Of a stretch of 60,047 nt of DNA, positions 47,996 to 57,812 are shown piece by piece. Source of the DNA: Candidatus Micrarchaeota archaeon (GTDB lineage: Archaea > Micrarchaeota > Micrarchaeia > Anstonellales > J096); contig CAYXNY010000045.1 of NCBI GenBank assembly GCA_964467175.1, positions 1 through 60,047 on the forward strand. The letters are read 5' to 3'. The notes under the pieces were generated by a model. The model was not told where the DNA came from, searched no databases, and saw only the letters and a list, made by a program, of their open reading frames with translations. The stretch's first letter is position 1; each line of letters begins with the position of its first letter. A program made the translations under genes and the position numbers.

Positions 47996-48418
47996 TTAAT
48001 CGCCGAATATATCTTTTGGGGTCATCGTAATCACTAAAGTTGCCGTTTTTCCTTCATTATCCAAAAGGATGGGATTTGCATGAAAAGCGAATTTGCTTAA
48101 TTTATTACATACATCAATAAGAAAAGTATAGTCTTCTTTTGTTTCGATCATATACACCTTCCTTTCATAATTTTTTATCATCCCTACCCATTCCCTTGCT
48201 TCGCTTTCAACAAGTTTTTTATACTCCTCGCTTCCTACTGGCGGAAGCTCTATTCTAACTGGTCCTATGGTTTTCAATTCTGCTGGTTTAAATGCTTGAG
48301 GCATGCTATCCCTCTCTTCAACAAAAGAACGGCCGTTAATAAAAAATTTATCCTTTGGTGGTTCTTTTGGTTGGCATGAAAAAAGCACAAGCGGAAGCAG
48401 AAGCCAAACCTTTCTCAT
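47996..48418 (-). CDS. Putative lipoprotein
   Basis: 140 aa. Signal plus lipobox-like LLPLVLFSC. Confidence 0.45.
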   Translation of the reverse strand: MRKVWLLLPLVLFSCQPKEPPKDKFFINGRSFVEERDSMPQAFKPAELKTIGPVRIELPPVGSEEYKKLVESEAREWVGMIKNYERKVYMIETKEDYTFLIDVCNKLSKFAFHANPILLDNEGKTATLVITMTPKDIFGD

Positions 48419-48445
48419 ATGTTATAATTTTAGTTAGAAAAGTTT

Positions 48446-49030
48446 TTAATCTCGCCGGATGGCTTTTACCACATAAAGCTTTTCAAAAAAGAACCTCTCC
48501 TCGCATAACACTTCGACCTCAAACCCCATCCTCTCAAGAATTCTTATTGTTTTTTCATGGCCATTTATAGAAGAAGAAAGGAGCATAAGCCCCCCGCTTT
48601 TCTTCAAGTATTTTCTGCACTCTTTCAAAAACCTATCCAACACTCTTCTTCCGTTCCTCCCCCCATCGAAGGCAGCGTTCAGCTTTCCTTTTATTCTCTC
48701 ATTTTTTCCAGTTGGGAGATACGGAGGGTTGAAAACTATCCAATCGTATTTTTTGTTTTTCGGAACAGCGCTGAAAAGGTCGCTCACAAAAAATTTCGCA
48801 TTTTTTACTCCATTTATTTTTGCGTTATGCTCCGCATTTTTCACTGCCTTTTCGTTCACATCGCATCCCTCAACAAAATTATCTTTATTGTGCAGTGCAT
48901 TCGCAAGCGCAACTATCCCGCAGCCCGTTCCCATGTCTAAAATTTTTCCCTTCAGTTTTTTTGCATACTCTGCAAGCATAAAGCTATCTTCTGCCGGCTC
49001 GTAGACCTCTTTGAAAATTTCGAGCTTCAT
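48446..49030 (-). CDS. HemK/Mtq2-like N5-glutamine (NPPY) SAM methyltransferase
   Basis: SAM motif ILDMGTGCGIVAL and catalytic IVFNPPYLP. Confidence 0.75.
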   Translation of the reverse strand: MKLEIFKEVYEPAEDSFMLAEYAKKLKGKILDMGTGCGIVALANALHNKDNFVEGCDVNEKAVKNAEHNAKINGVKNAKFFVSDLFSAVPKNKKYDWIVFNPPYLPTGKNERIKGKLNAAFDGGRNGRRVLDRFLKECRKYLKKSGGLMLLSSSINGHEKTIRILERMGFEVEVLCEERFFFEKLYVVKAIRRD

Positions 49031-49080
49031 AAGAACATTCCTAACTCCATGTTTTTTAAATTAACGCTTCAAAAAGCCAT

Positions 49081-51729
49081 GTGGAAATTTATACTATCGA
49101 GAAAGAAAAAGTTTATGCTGCGCTGAAAACTGCTCCGGACGGCCTGAGCCAGAGCGAGGCAGAAAACAGGCTGTTGAAATACGGACTGAACAAAATAGCC
49201 GAAGAAAAAAAAATCCCGCTTTTTTTGTTGTTTCTGGAGCAGTTCAAATCCCCGCTTATACTCCTGTTACTTTTTGCGATTGCAATATCGGCTTTTGTTG
49301 GGGAGGTTGTTGACGCAGTTATCATAGGGGTTATTATTGTATATGCGTCGGTGTTGGGGTTTGTGCAGGAATACAGGGCAGAGAAGGCGATGGAGGAGCT
49401 GAAAAAACTCTCGGCGCCGAAAGCAAAGGTGATTAGGGATGGAAGTATTGTTGTTGTTGATGCTGAAAAAATAGTTCCCGGAGATGTTCTGTTCCTTGAA
49501 GAAGGCGACAGGATCGTTGCTGACGCAAGGGTCGCGGAGGGATTTGAGCTCAGAATCGATGAAGCGTCCCTCACAGGCGAATCGACGCCAGTCCAAAAAA
49601 ATTCTGATGCCCTAAAAGGAAAGGTCCCGGTTGCCGAAAGAACCAATATTGTTTTTTCAGGCACGACCGTAGTGGCGGGGCACGGAAAGGCCGTTGTGTA
49701 CGCAACAGGCATGGAAACAGAATTCGGAAAGGTTGCGAGGATGCTTCAGGAGGAGGAAAGGCCAAAAACACCCCTTGAGATAAAGATGCATGAAATCGGA
49801 AACTTACTCGGCATAGTGGTGCTAGCAATTGTTTCCATAGTTGCGGGGCTTGAGTTTCTTACAAGAGGCGGGGACCCCCTAACGGTTTTTATATGGGCGG
49901 TTGCCCTCGCGGTTGCAGCGGTTCCTGTTACGCTTCCGGCGGTAGTGACAACCTCCCTCGCTCTTGGGATGTACAAAATGTCGAAAAAAAACGCAATAGT
50001 CAGAAAACTTGACGCCGTTGAAGCGCTGGGCTCGGTCAATGTAATCTGCACAGACAAGACAGGAACCATTACTAAAAATGAAATGACCGTGAAGGAAATA
50101 TTCGTCCTTTCTGGGGAGTATTTTTTAGAAGGCGTAGGATACAAGCCAGAGGGAAAAATTCTGCAAAACAACAGAGTTGTCGACTCGTCCTCAGAAAGCG
50201 CAAGACCGCTGTACCTCGCTCTTAAAATAGGTGCACTGTGCAACAACGCGTTTTTGATTAAAGAAAAAAACGAATGGAAGATACACGGCGACCCGACGGA
50301 AGGCGCGCTTCTCGTTTCAGCGGCCAAAGCCGGCTTTTTTAAGGAAGAGCTTGAGAAGAGCGAAGAAAGAATATCCGAGATTCCTTTTTCTTCAGAAAGA
50401 AAGATGATGAGCACGATAAACAAAAATGGAAAAAAATATTTCCTCTACTCAAAAGGCTCTCCGGAAACTGTTCTGTCCAAATGCAGATATGTTCTTGTTG
50501 ATGGAAAGAAAAAGCCCTTAACAAAAAAAATCAAGGAAGAGATTTTGAAGCAGAACAAGAAAATGGCTTCCAGCGCCCTGCGCGTTCTTGCGATGGCGTA
50601 CAGGGAAGTAGGCAAAAAACAGAAATACGATGAAAAGGATGAGAAAGACCTTGTTTTTGTCGGCATGCAGGGCATGATAGACCCTCCGAGGCCTGAGGTT
50701 AAGGACGCGATAGCCGTTTGCAAAGAAGCAGGGATAAAAGTGATCATGGTTACCGGAGACCAGAAAGGGACGGCCGAGGCTGTGGCCCGGCAGATAGGTT
50801 TGGAAGGGAAGGTGTATGACGGCAAAGAGCTTGACGAAATTAAAATAGAGGATATTGTTGATGAAGCCGCGGTATTTGCGAGGGTTTCTCCTGAGCAAAA
50901 ACTTCGCATTGTCAAGGCCTTGAAGGCAAAAGGATATGTCGTCGCAGTGACCGGAGACGGAATAAACGATGCGCCCGCTCTTAAAACTGCGGATGTTGGA
51001 GTGGCCATGGGAATAACCGGCACCGATGTGACAAAAGAGGCCGGGGCGATCGTTCTCGCGGACGACAATTTTGCAACAATAGTGAGCGCTGTGGAAGAGG
51101 GGAGAGGAATATACGAGAATATAAGAAAATTCCTATTTTTTCTTCTCTCATGCAATGTAGCCGAGGTTGCCTTGGCGTTTCTCGCTGTTGTTTTCGGGCT
51201 TCCCCTTCCGCTTCTTGCGATCCACCTCCTCTACATAAACCTTGCGACAGACGGACTTCCGGCAATGGCCCTTGGCGTTGAGCCCTCTGAGAAGGATATA
51301 ATGAAAAGAAAGCCTAGGATGAAGAGCGAGAGCATTTTCCACAGGATGAAGGTTCCTCTACTGTTGTTCTCCCTCTACCTGACGCTTTCGCTTTTCGCAA
51401 TTTTTTCGTTTTCCCTTCCTTATGGGCTGGAAAATGCAAGAACCCTTGTGCTTGTTGCGATGATTTTTGCCGAGCTCGCGAACGCATTCAACGCAAAATC
51501 GATCGAAAAGTCCTTGTTCAAAATAAACATATTTAATAATAAATGGCTCATCCTTGCAATAATATGGGAGATCTTGCTAATCTTGTTCTTCGTATCAACA
51601 GAATTCTCGGCCTTCCTAAAAATAGTGCCTCTATCAGCAGCTGATTTGGTTCTGCCTGTTTTCGTCGGGGTTTGTGCGATAGCATTCATGGAAATAACAA
51701 AATTTTTCATTTTTCGTAGCTCCTCATGA
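49081..51729 (+). CDS. P-type (P2, Ca2+/cation) transporting ATPase
   Basis: 882 aa. TGES, phosphorylation site CTDKTGTITKN, MVTGDQ and VTGDGINDAPALK motifs, with about 10 TM. GTG start as listed. Confidence 0.9.
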   Translation: MEIYTIEKEKVYAALKTAPDGLSQSEAENRLLKYGLNKIAEEKKIPLFLLFLEQFKSPLILLLLFAIAISAFVGEVVDAVIIGVIIVYASVLGFVQEYRAEKAMEELKKLSAPKAKVIRDGSIVVVDAEKIVPGDVLFLEEGDRIVADARVAEGFELRIDEASLTGESTPVQKNSDALKGKVPVAERTNIVFSGTTVVAGHGKAVVYATGMETEFGKVARMLQEEERPKTPLEIKMHEIGNLLGIVVLAIVSIVAGLEFLTRGGDPLTVFIWAVALAVAAVPVTLPAVVTTSLALGMYKMSKKNAIVRKLDAVEALGSVNVICTDKTGTITKNEMTVKEIFVLSGEYFLEGVGYKPEGKILQNNRVVDSSSESARPLYLALKIGALCNNAFLIKEKNEWKIHGDPTEGALLVSAAKAGFFKEELEKSEERISEIPFSSERKMMSTINKNGKKYFLYSKGSPETVLSKCRYVLVDGKKKPLTKKIKEEILKQNKKMASSALRVLAMAYREVGKKQKYDEKDEKDLVFVGMQGMIDPPRPEVKDAIAVCKEAGIKVIMVTGDQKGTAEAVARQIGLEGKVYDGKELDEIKIEDIVDEAAVFARVSPEQKLRIVKALKAKGYVVAVTGDGINDAPALKTADVGVAMGITGTDVTKEAGAIVLADDNFATIVSAVEEGRGIYENIRKFLFFLLSCNVAEVALAFLAVVFGLPLPLLAIHLLYINLATDGLPAMALGVEPSEKDIMKRKPRMKSESIFHRMKVPLLLFSLYLTLSLFAIFSFSLPYGLENARTLVLVAMIFAELANAFNAKSIEKSLFKINIFNNKWLILAIIWEILLILFFVSTEFSAFLKIVPLSAADLVLPVFVGVCAIAFMEITKFFIFRSSS

Positions 51730-52177
51730 ATAGAATGGATAGCGGAAGAATTGAAAAAATAAATACTGCGGCAGGGCATGTGTGTTTGTATGCCTCCTTT
51801 GGATTGAGAAGGCTCTGCTGTCTCAGCTCTTCCTGTTGCACGCTTTTTTCGCACAATTCTTTTACGTTTGAAATTGGCCATCCCTGGGGAATGTTGTAGT
51901 GCTCTTCTACGTTGCTGCAAATATTCTTATCCAGCATTGTCCTTGCAACCTCTATTATGCAGGTGTTGTACTCAAGGTCCTGCATCGTTATGCTTATATC
52001 CGGATCTTTAATTATCTCTCTACATGTGCTTACCGCTTGTTTTTTGTCTCCTATGAGAGCATAATAAACTGCCGTTTTTTTGTAGCATTCAGGCCTCCCG
52101 CTACAATTTCCTATTGCTATGCAGCCCGCGAGCAAAAGAAGGGCCGCCAAAATAAGCGCTATTGCTGTTGCACGCAT
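51707..52177 (-). CDS. Cys-rich putative lipoprotein with C-terminal TM
   Basis: Trimmed to MRATAIALILAALLLLAGC (lipobox-like). 156 aa with 9-10 Cys. Divergent from the paralog operon. Confidence 0.45.
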   Translation of the reverse strand: MRATAIALILAALLLLAGCIAIGNCSGRPECYKKTAVYYALIGDKKQAVSTCREIIKDPDISITMQDLEYNTCIIEVARTMLDKNICSNVEEHYNIPQGWPISNVKELCEKSVQQEELRQQSLLNPKEAYKHTCPAAVFIFSILPLSILFMRSYEK

Positions 52178-52200
52178 AGTCAATTTACACAAAACAATCA

Positions 52201-52210
52201 TTTTAAATAT
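52201..52210 (+). promoter_or_regulatory. TATA-like box upstream of the membrane-protein operon
   Basis: ttttaaatat is centred ~25 nt upstream of the ATG at 52231, in a 53-nt divergent intergenic region. The spacing would give a leaderless or very short-leader mRNA. Confidence 0.35.
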
Positions 52211-52230
52211 TGTTGTTCTAAGAAATAACG

Positions 52231-53403
52231 ATGCCGGCAATACCAACCCTTAACGACTATCTTTCTGTTGCCATGCCGTTTATAGCCGTAGCTTTTGGCA
52301 TCCATGTTTTATACGCTGCTTTGCATTACATGTGGGGGAATTTCATGAACAGCCCTCAGGCATATGCGCGTGGAAAGGAGGAGGTTCTCTCCCTCCTTAG
52401 GACAATAGGCATATTCGTCTCCGTTATTGTCTTATACAATCTTATTATTCTTGGTTTGGGCATAGATTTTATTTCGCTGGCAAAACTTTCTGTAAAAAGT
52501 TTTTTCTGGATGCTTTTGGACAGATACTTGGAAATAATGGGATTTGATTTTGCCCTTGGCAGTATTTCACAAACTGGCATCTTTGTGTTCATCCAAGCCG
52601 AGTACGGGTCGATAGAAATAGGCGGCTCTCCTGTTGTTGGGCTTTCAAACACCCTCACTGTTCTTCACAAGACTCTTGAGCCCCTTCAATATGGTCTGAC
52701 GCTTGCGGCGGGAAGGTACGCCCTCCTTGACTTCGCGCCGGCAGGCATGCTCTATCTCATGCCGCTTGGTTTTTTCCTTAGAGCCTTCCCGTTCACAAGA
52801 AAGACGGGCTCTAGCATAGTCGCTTTAGCAATAACGGTTTTTTTTGTCTATCCGCTTTCTGTTCTTTTTACAGATTATCTGGTCACCGCATATGAAAGTC
52901 AAAAAATGATTTCGCCAACTCTTCCAAAAAACACCCTCATAACTACAGAGACCGATGAAGAAGTTTTCTCAGATTTTGTTGGATATTTAGGCAAAAATGT
53001 ATCCCAAGGGCAGAATGACTACATCCCGCCCGGCGAAACAACCTCTGTAAGCGGCAGTAAAGGACTGTGGGATAGATTCACTCAATGGCTGGGAAATGTT
53101 TTTAATATTGCTGCGTGGGTCAGCAACCTTAGCGAGGGCTTTGCAAATATACTAAGGCTTGCCGGCTCTACTTTAAAGATGCTAGTCACGTTCGGCACGC
53201 CTCTGACCAGCCCAGTAGGATGGGTCCTTCCAACCCTCTTGATTTCTTTAAAGTGGGTTTCCATAATTGCAGAGCAGATTGCAATAATATTTACAATATT
53301 TGTGCTTGAGATTACGATAAGCATCACCATGTACAGGAATATCGCGATGCTCATAGGAGGAGAGCTCAGGATATTCGGCATTACAAAGGTGACAGGAGGA
53401 TGA
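52231..53403 (+). CDS. Polytopic membrane protein, paralog 1 of 6 (LRxFPPTRxxG family, unassigned)
   Basis: 390 aa with multiple TM segments. Signature LRAFPFTRKTG at 52777-52809. C-terminal tail GELRIFGITKVTGG. ATGA overlap with paralog 2. Confidence 0.75.
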   Translation: MPAIPTLNDYLSVAMPFIAVAFGIHVLYAALHYMWGNFMNSPQAYARGKEEVLSLLRTIGIFVSVIVLYNLIILGLGIDFISLAKLSVKSFFWMLLDRYLEIMGFDFALGSISQTGIFVFIQAEYGSIEIGGSPVVGLSNTLTVLHKTLEPLQYGLTLAAGRYALLDFAPAGMLYLMPLGFFLRAFPFTRKTGSSIVALAITVFFVYPLSVLFTDYLVTAYESQKMISPTLPKNTLITTETDEEVFSDFVGYLGKNVSQGQNDYIPPGETTSVSGSKGLWDRFTQWLGNVFNIAAWVSNLSEGFANILRLAGSTLKMLVTFGTPLTSPVGWVLPTLLISLKWVSIIAEQIAIIFTIFVLEITISITMYRNIAMLIGGELRIFGITKVTGG

Positions 53404-54278
53404 ACCCATTAATCTTCGTTGCAATCGGCATCATGATTTCTGTTATCTCCTTAGCGTTTATGTTCGCGAGCTTTGCAAAAAAGCCAGAATGGGAGGCATG
53501 GGCAAAGGTTGAGCTCTACGAGCTTGCTTGGGGAATCATCCTTCTTATAGTTATATATGGAATATACAATACAGTAAGCTTTATCGCGGATTCCTATATA
53601 GGCACAAACATAATAAACTACTCTGAGAACAGGCTGAACGATGTGGTGAAGGACCGCCTTCTCCCGGCCTTCATTCAACTGACCTACTTGGACCATAATG
53701 TTATTTTTTGGAGCCAGTTCAAGCATAGGTTCGGTCCCTCTGCCTGGGGAATAACCTTTAGGCTTTATCCAGGCCTTGAAATATACTCCCAGCCGGTAAG
53801 GATTTTAGAGTTTGGATACATGGCCGCGTTTGCAAGCCTTTCTGTCCAAATTATGCTTTTCCACATCCTTAATGTTATTACAGATGTTTTGATCGCTGCA
53901 GGCCTTCTCTTAAGGTTTTTCCCACCAACAAGGACAAGTGGTAACCTTCTCATAGCCCTTGGTTTTTCCTTTAAAGTAATATTCCCTCTTATGTACATTC
54001 TATCTTTCCAGGCGCTTGATGAAATATACAAAATCCATGGATGGAGCATGTCTGGTGTTTGGCAAACAGCCTATATCCCGCAGTTGATAGGCACAACGAT
54101 GCCGATGGTTATTACGCTTACTCCGGGTTTGTTCCATTCTCTTTTGAACAACTTCGGCCATCTTTCTGTTGAGATTCTCGTAATTCCCTCAGCGGCTATG
54201 ACCGTTGCTATCTCAGCAACGACCGGCCTGCAAAAGGCGCTTGAGTGGAAAACAATAGAGCTGGGTGGTTGGAGATGA
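53400..54278 (+). CDS. Polytopic membrane protein, paralog 2 of 6
   Basis: 292 aa. N-terminal TM plus KVELYEL. Signature LRFFPPTRTSG at 53910-53942. ATGA overlaps on both sides. Confidence 0.75.
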   Translation: MNPLIFVAIGIMISVISLAFMFASFAKKPEWEAWAKVELYELAWGIILLIVIYGIYNTVSFIADSYIGTNIINYSENRLNDVVKDRLLPAFIQLTYLDHNVIFWSQFKHRFGPSAWGITFRLYPGLEIYSQPVRILEFGYMAAFASLSVQIMLFHILNVITDVLIAAGLLLRFFPPTRTSGNLLIALGFSFKVIFPLMYILSFQALDEIYKIHGWSMSGVWQTAYIPQLIGTTMPMVITLTPGLFHSLLNNFGHLSVEILVIPSAAMTVAISATTGLQKALEWKTIELGGWR

Positions 54279-55531
54279 TTTCTGTTCCTCTTGAATTTGT
54301 ACCTTTTGCGATAATCGGCGCAGCATTCGGCATCTCCATTTTCCTTTCTTCCATTGCATACATGGTAGGCGTTGCTCTAAGCGATGAAAGGATAAAGGGA
54401 TGGGCAAGGTTTGAGGTGTACGAAATATTCTACTCTGCGGTTCTTGGTGTTTTGATCGCATCCTCATGGGCGGTTATGATAGGGCTGAGCGATGAGATTG
54501 CAAAATCTCTAGACCCGCGGGGTTATCTTTTTGCCTTGGGTGGGATGGATAATGAGCCGATCTTCCTCACCATGGCTCAGACCTACATGCGCGAGATATA
54601 CGGCGAGATTGCGTATCTGTATACCGAGATTTCGAAGGTTACTTCTGTAACCATGTTCCTTGATAGCATAAGCTATACTGTGATTGCAGCCCAGCTTGAA
54701 GATTTTGGCGGAAGCATAGGCTTTAGCCTCTGCCCTCTTTTTTTTGGCCCCTTCAACTTCCTCATGAGCAACATTACAGAAATGCTGATAAGGGTTGGCC
54801 TGATTACTGTATTCCAGGCAGCCATTCTTGCTTTCATAAAGTCCGTGATGCCGGCATTTATCGGCGTTGGTTTTGCGCTCAGAATACTCGGTCCGACCAG
54901 AAAGCTCGGAGGCCTCATGATGGCCATGGGGCTTATGCTCTACTTTGTCTTTCCAATGTTCTATGTTTTTGGAAGCGGAATATACCACTCCCTTGAGCCT
55001 GCTGAGAAGTTTGCCGGCATGAGGATTGCGAAGTTCAACTCCTACTTCGGAACGATTAGCATATTTGGAAATAGTTTGGAGTACGATAAGGAGTTTGATG
55101 AGAAATTTGGGGTTTATGAGGAATACATAAAAAGCGGAAAACTGGAGGAGATGAATACGCAAGAGCTTGAGGCTGGCATAGGCCAGAATCTTCAAGAAAT
55201 AAACAGAGAATTTTCCGGCTTTGACATTTCAATCCCCGGAGCTATGAGGGTGATTCTTGACTACCTTCTCTCTGTCCCAGAACTGCTTGGAAACCTTGTC
55301 TGCATTTCAAGGGTCAGCGCGCAGGCATGGAACTATGGCCTCCTTTCTCCTTTAGTCTATGATAACAAAGTGTTTATCTCAGAGATAATGTTTGAGATGC
55401 TTGCGAACCTCCTGTTTTTCACAACAGTTTTTTCTTTCATGGCGCTCATGGCAGTGATTGCCGGAACAAAAGGCCTTTCCCCGCTGCTCGGAGGGGATGT
55501 TGAGATCGCTGGGCTTACGCACTTTATATGA
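54275..55531 (+). CDS. Polytopic membrane protein, paralog 3 of 6
   Basis: Start set to the ATG at 54275 (ATGA overlap), 418 aa. RFEVYEI after TM1. Signature LRILGPTRKLG at 54878-54910. Tail GGDVEIAGLTHFI. Confidence 0.75.
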   Translation: MISVPLEFVPFAIIGAAFGISIFLSSIAYMVGVALSDERIKGWARFEVYEIFYSAVLGVLIASSWAVMIGLSDEIAKSLDPRGYLFALGGMDNEPIFLTMAQTYMREIYGEIAYLYTEISKVTSVTMFLDSISYTVIAAQLEDFGGSIGFSLCPLFFGPFNFLMSNITEMLIRVGLITVFQAAILAFIKSVMPAFIGVGFALRILGPTRKLGGLMMAMGLMLYFVFPMFYVFGSGIYHSLEPAEKFAGMRIAKFNSYFGTISIFGNSLEYDKEFDEKFGVYEEYIKSGKLEEMNTQELEAGIGQNLQEINREFSGFDISIPGAMRVILDYLLSVPELLGNLVCISRVSAQAWNYGLLSPLVYDNKVFISEIMFEMLANLLFFTTVFSFMALMAVIAGTKGLSPLLGGDVEIAGLTHFI

Positions 55532-55541
55532 GGTAGAAAAC

Positions 55542-56705
55542 ATGGATAAGAGAATGATTTTTGTGCTTTTTGCCTTTGTTCTCCTCATTCCACCAGCTCA
55601 TTCCCAGCAGATTTCTTCTAATGGTTCTGTTCCCGACATTTCGCAACTCGAACAGCTCACTTCTGAAGAAACGATTCAAAAAATGGTAGATGCCACCACA
55701 CGACTCGGAAAATGTGAAGAACCGAAAGACATTTTGGATGTGTTCGGCCTTTCCTACCTCGCTATGGTTGTTGTAATATTTTTCTACACCGCTGCCTATC
55801 TAGGTGGGAAGCTTTTCAACTACCCCGTTACAGACGCGCTTCTAAGGATAAAGATAGACGAGGTTGCAACAACAGTTTTCATAATCTTTGCTGTAAGCTT
55901 TCTTTACGCTTTTGTAAACTCCTCTCCACAGGGATACTACTATCTTAATGAAGCAATCGAGTACAATCAGAAGATTCTTAAGCACGTCCTTGGCAACATA
56001 GGTATTTTCACTATTTTTTCAACTATCATATACCTTCTCTACGGTCTTACAGTATACATTCCTATTGTTCCGGGCATGCCCCTCATAAAGTTTACGATAA
56101 GCATCGGCCCTGCGCTCAAGCCCATTGTAGATATGATATTCCAAAGCTCCAACATGCTTGCCGTTATTGTTATAGAATGGACGACGATGCACGCTATTCT
56201 ATGCATGATAAAAACATGGTGGCTCAGCTTTATTCTTCCGCTCGGGGTTTTGTTCAGAAGCCTGTCAATAACAAAGGATGCTGGAAATACATTGATAGCC
56301 TTGGCCATAGGGATGTATTTTCTCTACCCTATTCTTATGACCATGAACTATGATATATATGAAATGCAGATAGGAAAGGCGGCAACATCGGGCATTACAA
56401 ACTTTGACCTTTTCTTCGGGCAGGTCAAAAATTTTTTCTTTGGCGAGCCCCCGACACTAGTAATCGGCTTTGTCATAGCCGTTCTTGTTGCCATATACAC
56501 AAAGGGCGCGTTTGCAATTGCCGCCGCCCTAGCTTATCTTCTTTGGCTCCTTCAAAACACCCTCCTGGATACAGTATTCCTTATCTTTATCATAAGCATG
56601 TTTCTTCCTGCCCTGAATGTATTCATAACGCTTACATTCGTCATGGAGCTTGGAAAGCTTTTGGGAACGGATATAAATGTATCTGCGCTTACGAAAATAA
56701 TATGA
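55542..56705 (+). CDS. Polytopic membrane protein, paralog 4 of 6 (with extra signal-peptide-like N-terminus)
   Basis: Start set to MDKRMIFVLFAFVLLIPPAHS, with GAGGT 8 nt upstream, 387 aa. RIKIDEV after the family TM1. Degenerate signature FRSLSITKDAG at 56253-56285. Tail GTDINVSALTKII. Confidence 0.7.
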   Translation: MDKRMIFVLFAFVLLIPPAHSQQISSNGSVPDISQLEQLTSEETIQKMVDATTRLGKCEEPKDILDVFGLSYLAMVVVIFFYTAAYLGGKLFNYPVTDALLRIKIDEVATTVFIIFAVSFLYAFVNSSPQGYYYLNEAIEYNQKILKHVLGNIGIFTIFSTIIYLLYGLTVYIPIVPGMPLIKFTISIGPALKPIVDMIFQSSNMLAVIVIEWTTMHAILCMIKTWWLSFILPLGVLFRSLSITKDAGNTLIALAIGMYFLYPILMTMNYDIYEMQIGKAATSGITNFDLFFGQVKNFFFGEPPTLVIGFVIAVLVAIYTKGAFAIAAALAYLLWLLQNTLLDTVFLIFIISMFLPALNVFITLTFVMELGKLLGTDINVSALTKII

Positions 56706-56714
56706 GGTGCGAGA

Positions 56715-57812
56715 ATGATTATGCTTGCTGTTGGCCTTCCTGTTCTTCCGCCGCCTGAACCAGCCGTGCTCACCGCCTGCAATCCTCCGAACATTGATTT
56801 TCTCGGCCTCTCCTTCCTCGCCCTTTTTGTTTCCTCATTGTATATCCTATTTTTCTATTTCTGGGGAAAGCTTACGAGCAATCCAAATACAGATGTTTGG
56901 GTGAAAGGAGAAATTTATGAAATAGGCGCAACTGCTTTCATAGTTCTTTTGTTCCTTCCGCTCTTTCTAAATGTTGCCTGCGCTTTTAAACTAGGCGATT
57001 ACAACATATTCAAAACCGCATCCGTTTACCTAGAGTCTCTAAAAGCAAGCATAACTATAGTAATGGATGCTTTGGCCGGAGGGTATGCCGTAGTGGACAT
57101 GATTGCTTCTATATCAATAAAGGCTCATCCTTTTGGTTTAGGTCTTTCAGCGAATGATGTTGGCGCCGGGATTGTTGCCCTTTGGAAGCCCGTCATCCTT
57201 CAGATAACCAATGCGTTAACCCTCGGCTATATATTCGCATCTGCTCAAACAGTAATTCTCGAGTATTTTACATACGGCATGATAACAAAAATCCTTCCGC
57301 TTGGCGTTCTCCTGAGAAGCTTCACTCCGACAAGAAGGGTCGGGGGGATGCTTCTTGGCCTTTCTCTCGGCCTTCTCTTCCTCTATCCGCTTGTTCTCAC
57401 CCTCAACTACTTCCTTGTTAAGGATTATCTTGTTGTTTCCTGGAATCAAAAATCAAATAAATGGGAACTAGATGAGGGCTTTAAAACCGTTCTTGCGGAT
57501 ATTGGAAAATCAACAATTCCCCTTGACTCGAACGATAGTTCTTGGAGAAACTTCTTCCGCATCGCAGGAGAAGTTGTTTCCATCTTGGGTTCAATAGCGT
57601 TTATATTTACAAGCGGGGTTTGGTTTGTTTTGCTGGCCTGGGGCATTATTATTATTGTTTGGGGCGCGGTTATCGCTGGCGCCTACCTTGGTGTTGTTGC
57701 AGGCATAATACTGCCCGCGATAAATACAGTTATATTAATACAAGGAGTGAGATACTTTACGTACCTGTTTGGAGAAGAGCTTGACATTACAACTTTGACG
57801 AGGATGGTATGA
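56715..57812 (+). CDS. Polytopic membrane protein, paralog 5 of 6
   Basis: 365 aa with GAGGTG upstream. GLSFLAL...GKLTSNPNTDVWVKGEIYEI aligns with paralog 4. Signature LRSFTPTRRVG at 57312-57344. Tail GEELDITTLTRMV. Confidence 0.75.
   Translation: MIMLAVGLPVLPPPEPAVLTACNPPNIDFLGLSFLALFVSSLYILFFYFWGKLTSNPNTDVWVKGEIYEIGATAFIVLLFLPLFLNVACAFKLGDYNIFKTASVYLESLKASITIVMDALAGGYAVVDMIASISIKAHPFGLGLSANDVGAGIVALWKPVILQITNALTLGYIFASAQTVILEYFTYGMITKILPLGVLLRSFTPTRRVGGMLLGLSLGLLFLYPLVLTLNYFLVKDYLVVSWNQKSNKWELDEGFKTVLADIGKSTIPLDSNDSSWRNFFRIAGEVVSILGSIAFIFTSGVWFVLLAWGIIIIVWGAVIAGAYLGVVAGIILPAINTVILIQGVRYFTYLFGEELDITTLTRMV

Noticed and set aside
49113-51155. Three long minus-strand ORFs (199, 225 and 236 aa)
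   Set aside because: All are antisense to the P-type ATPase gene and have low-complexity S/T/A/P-rich translations.
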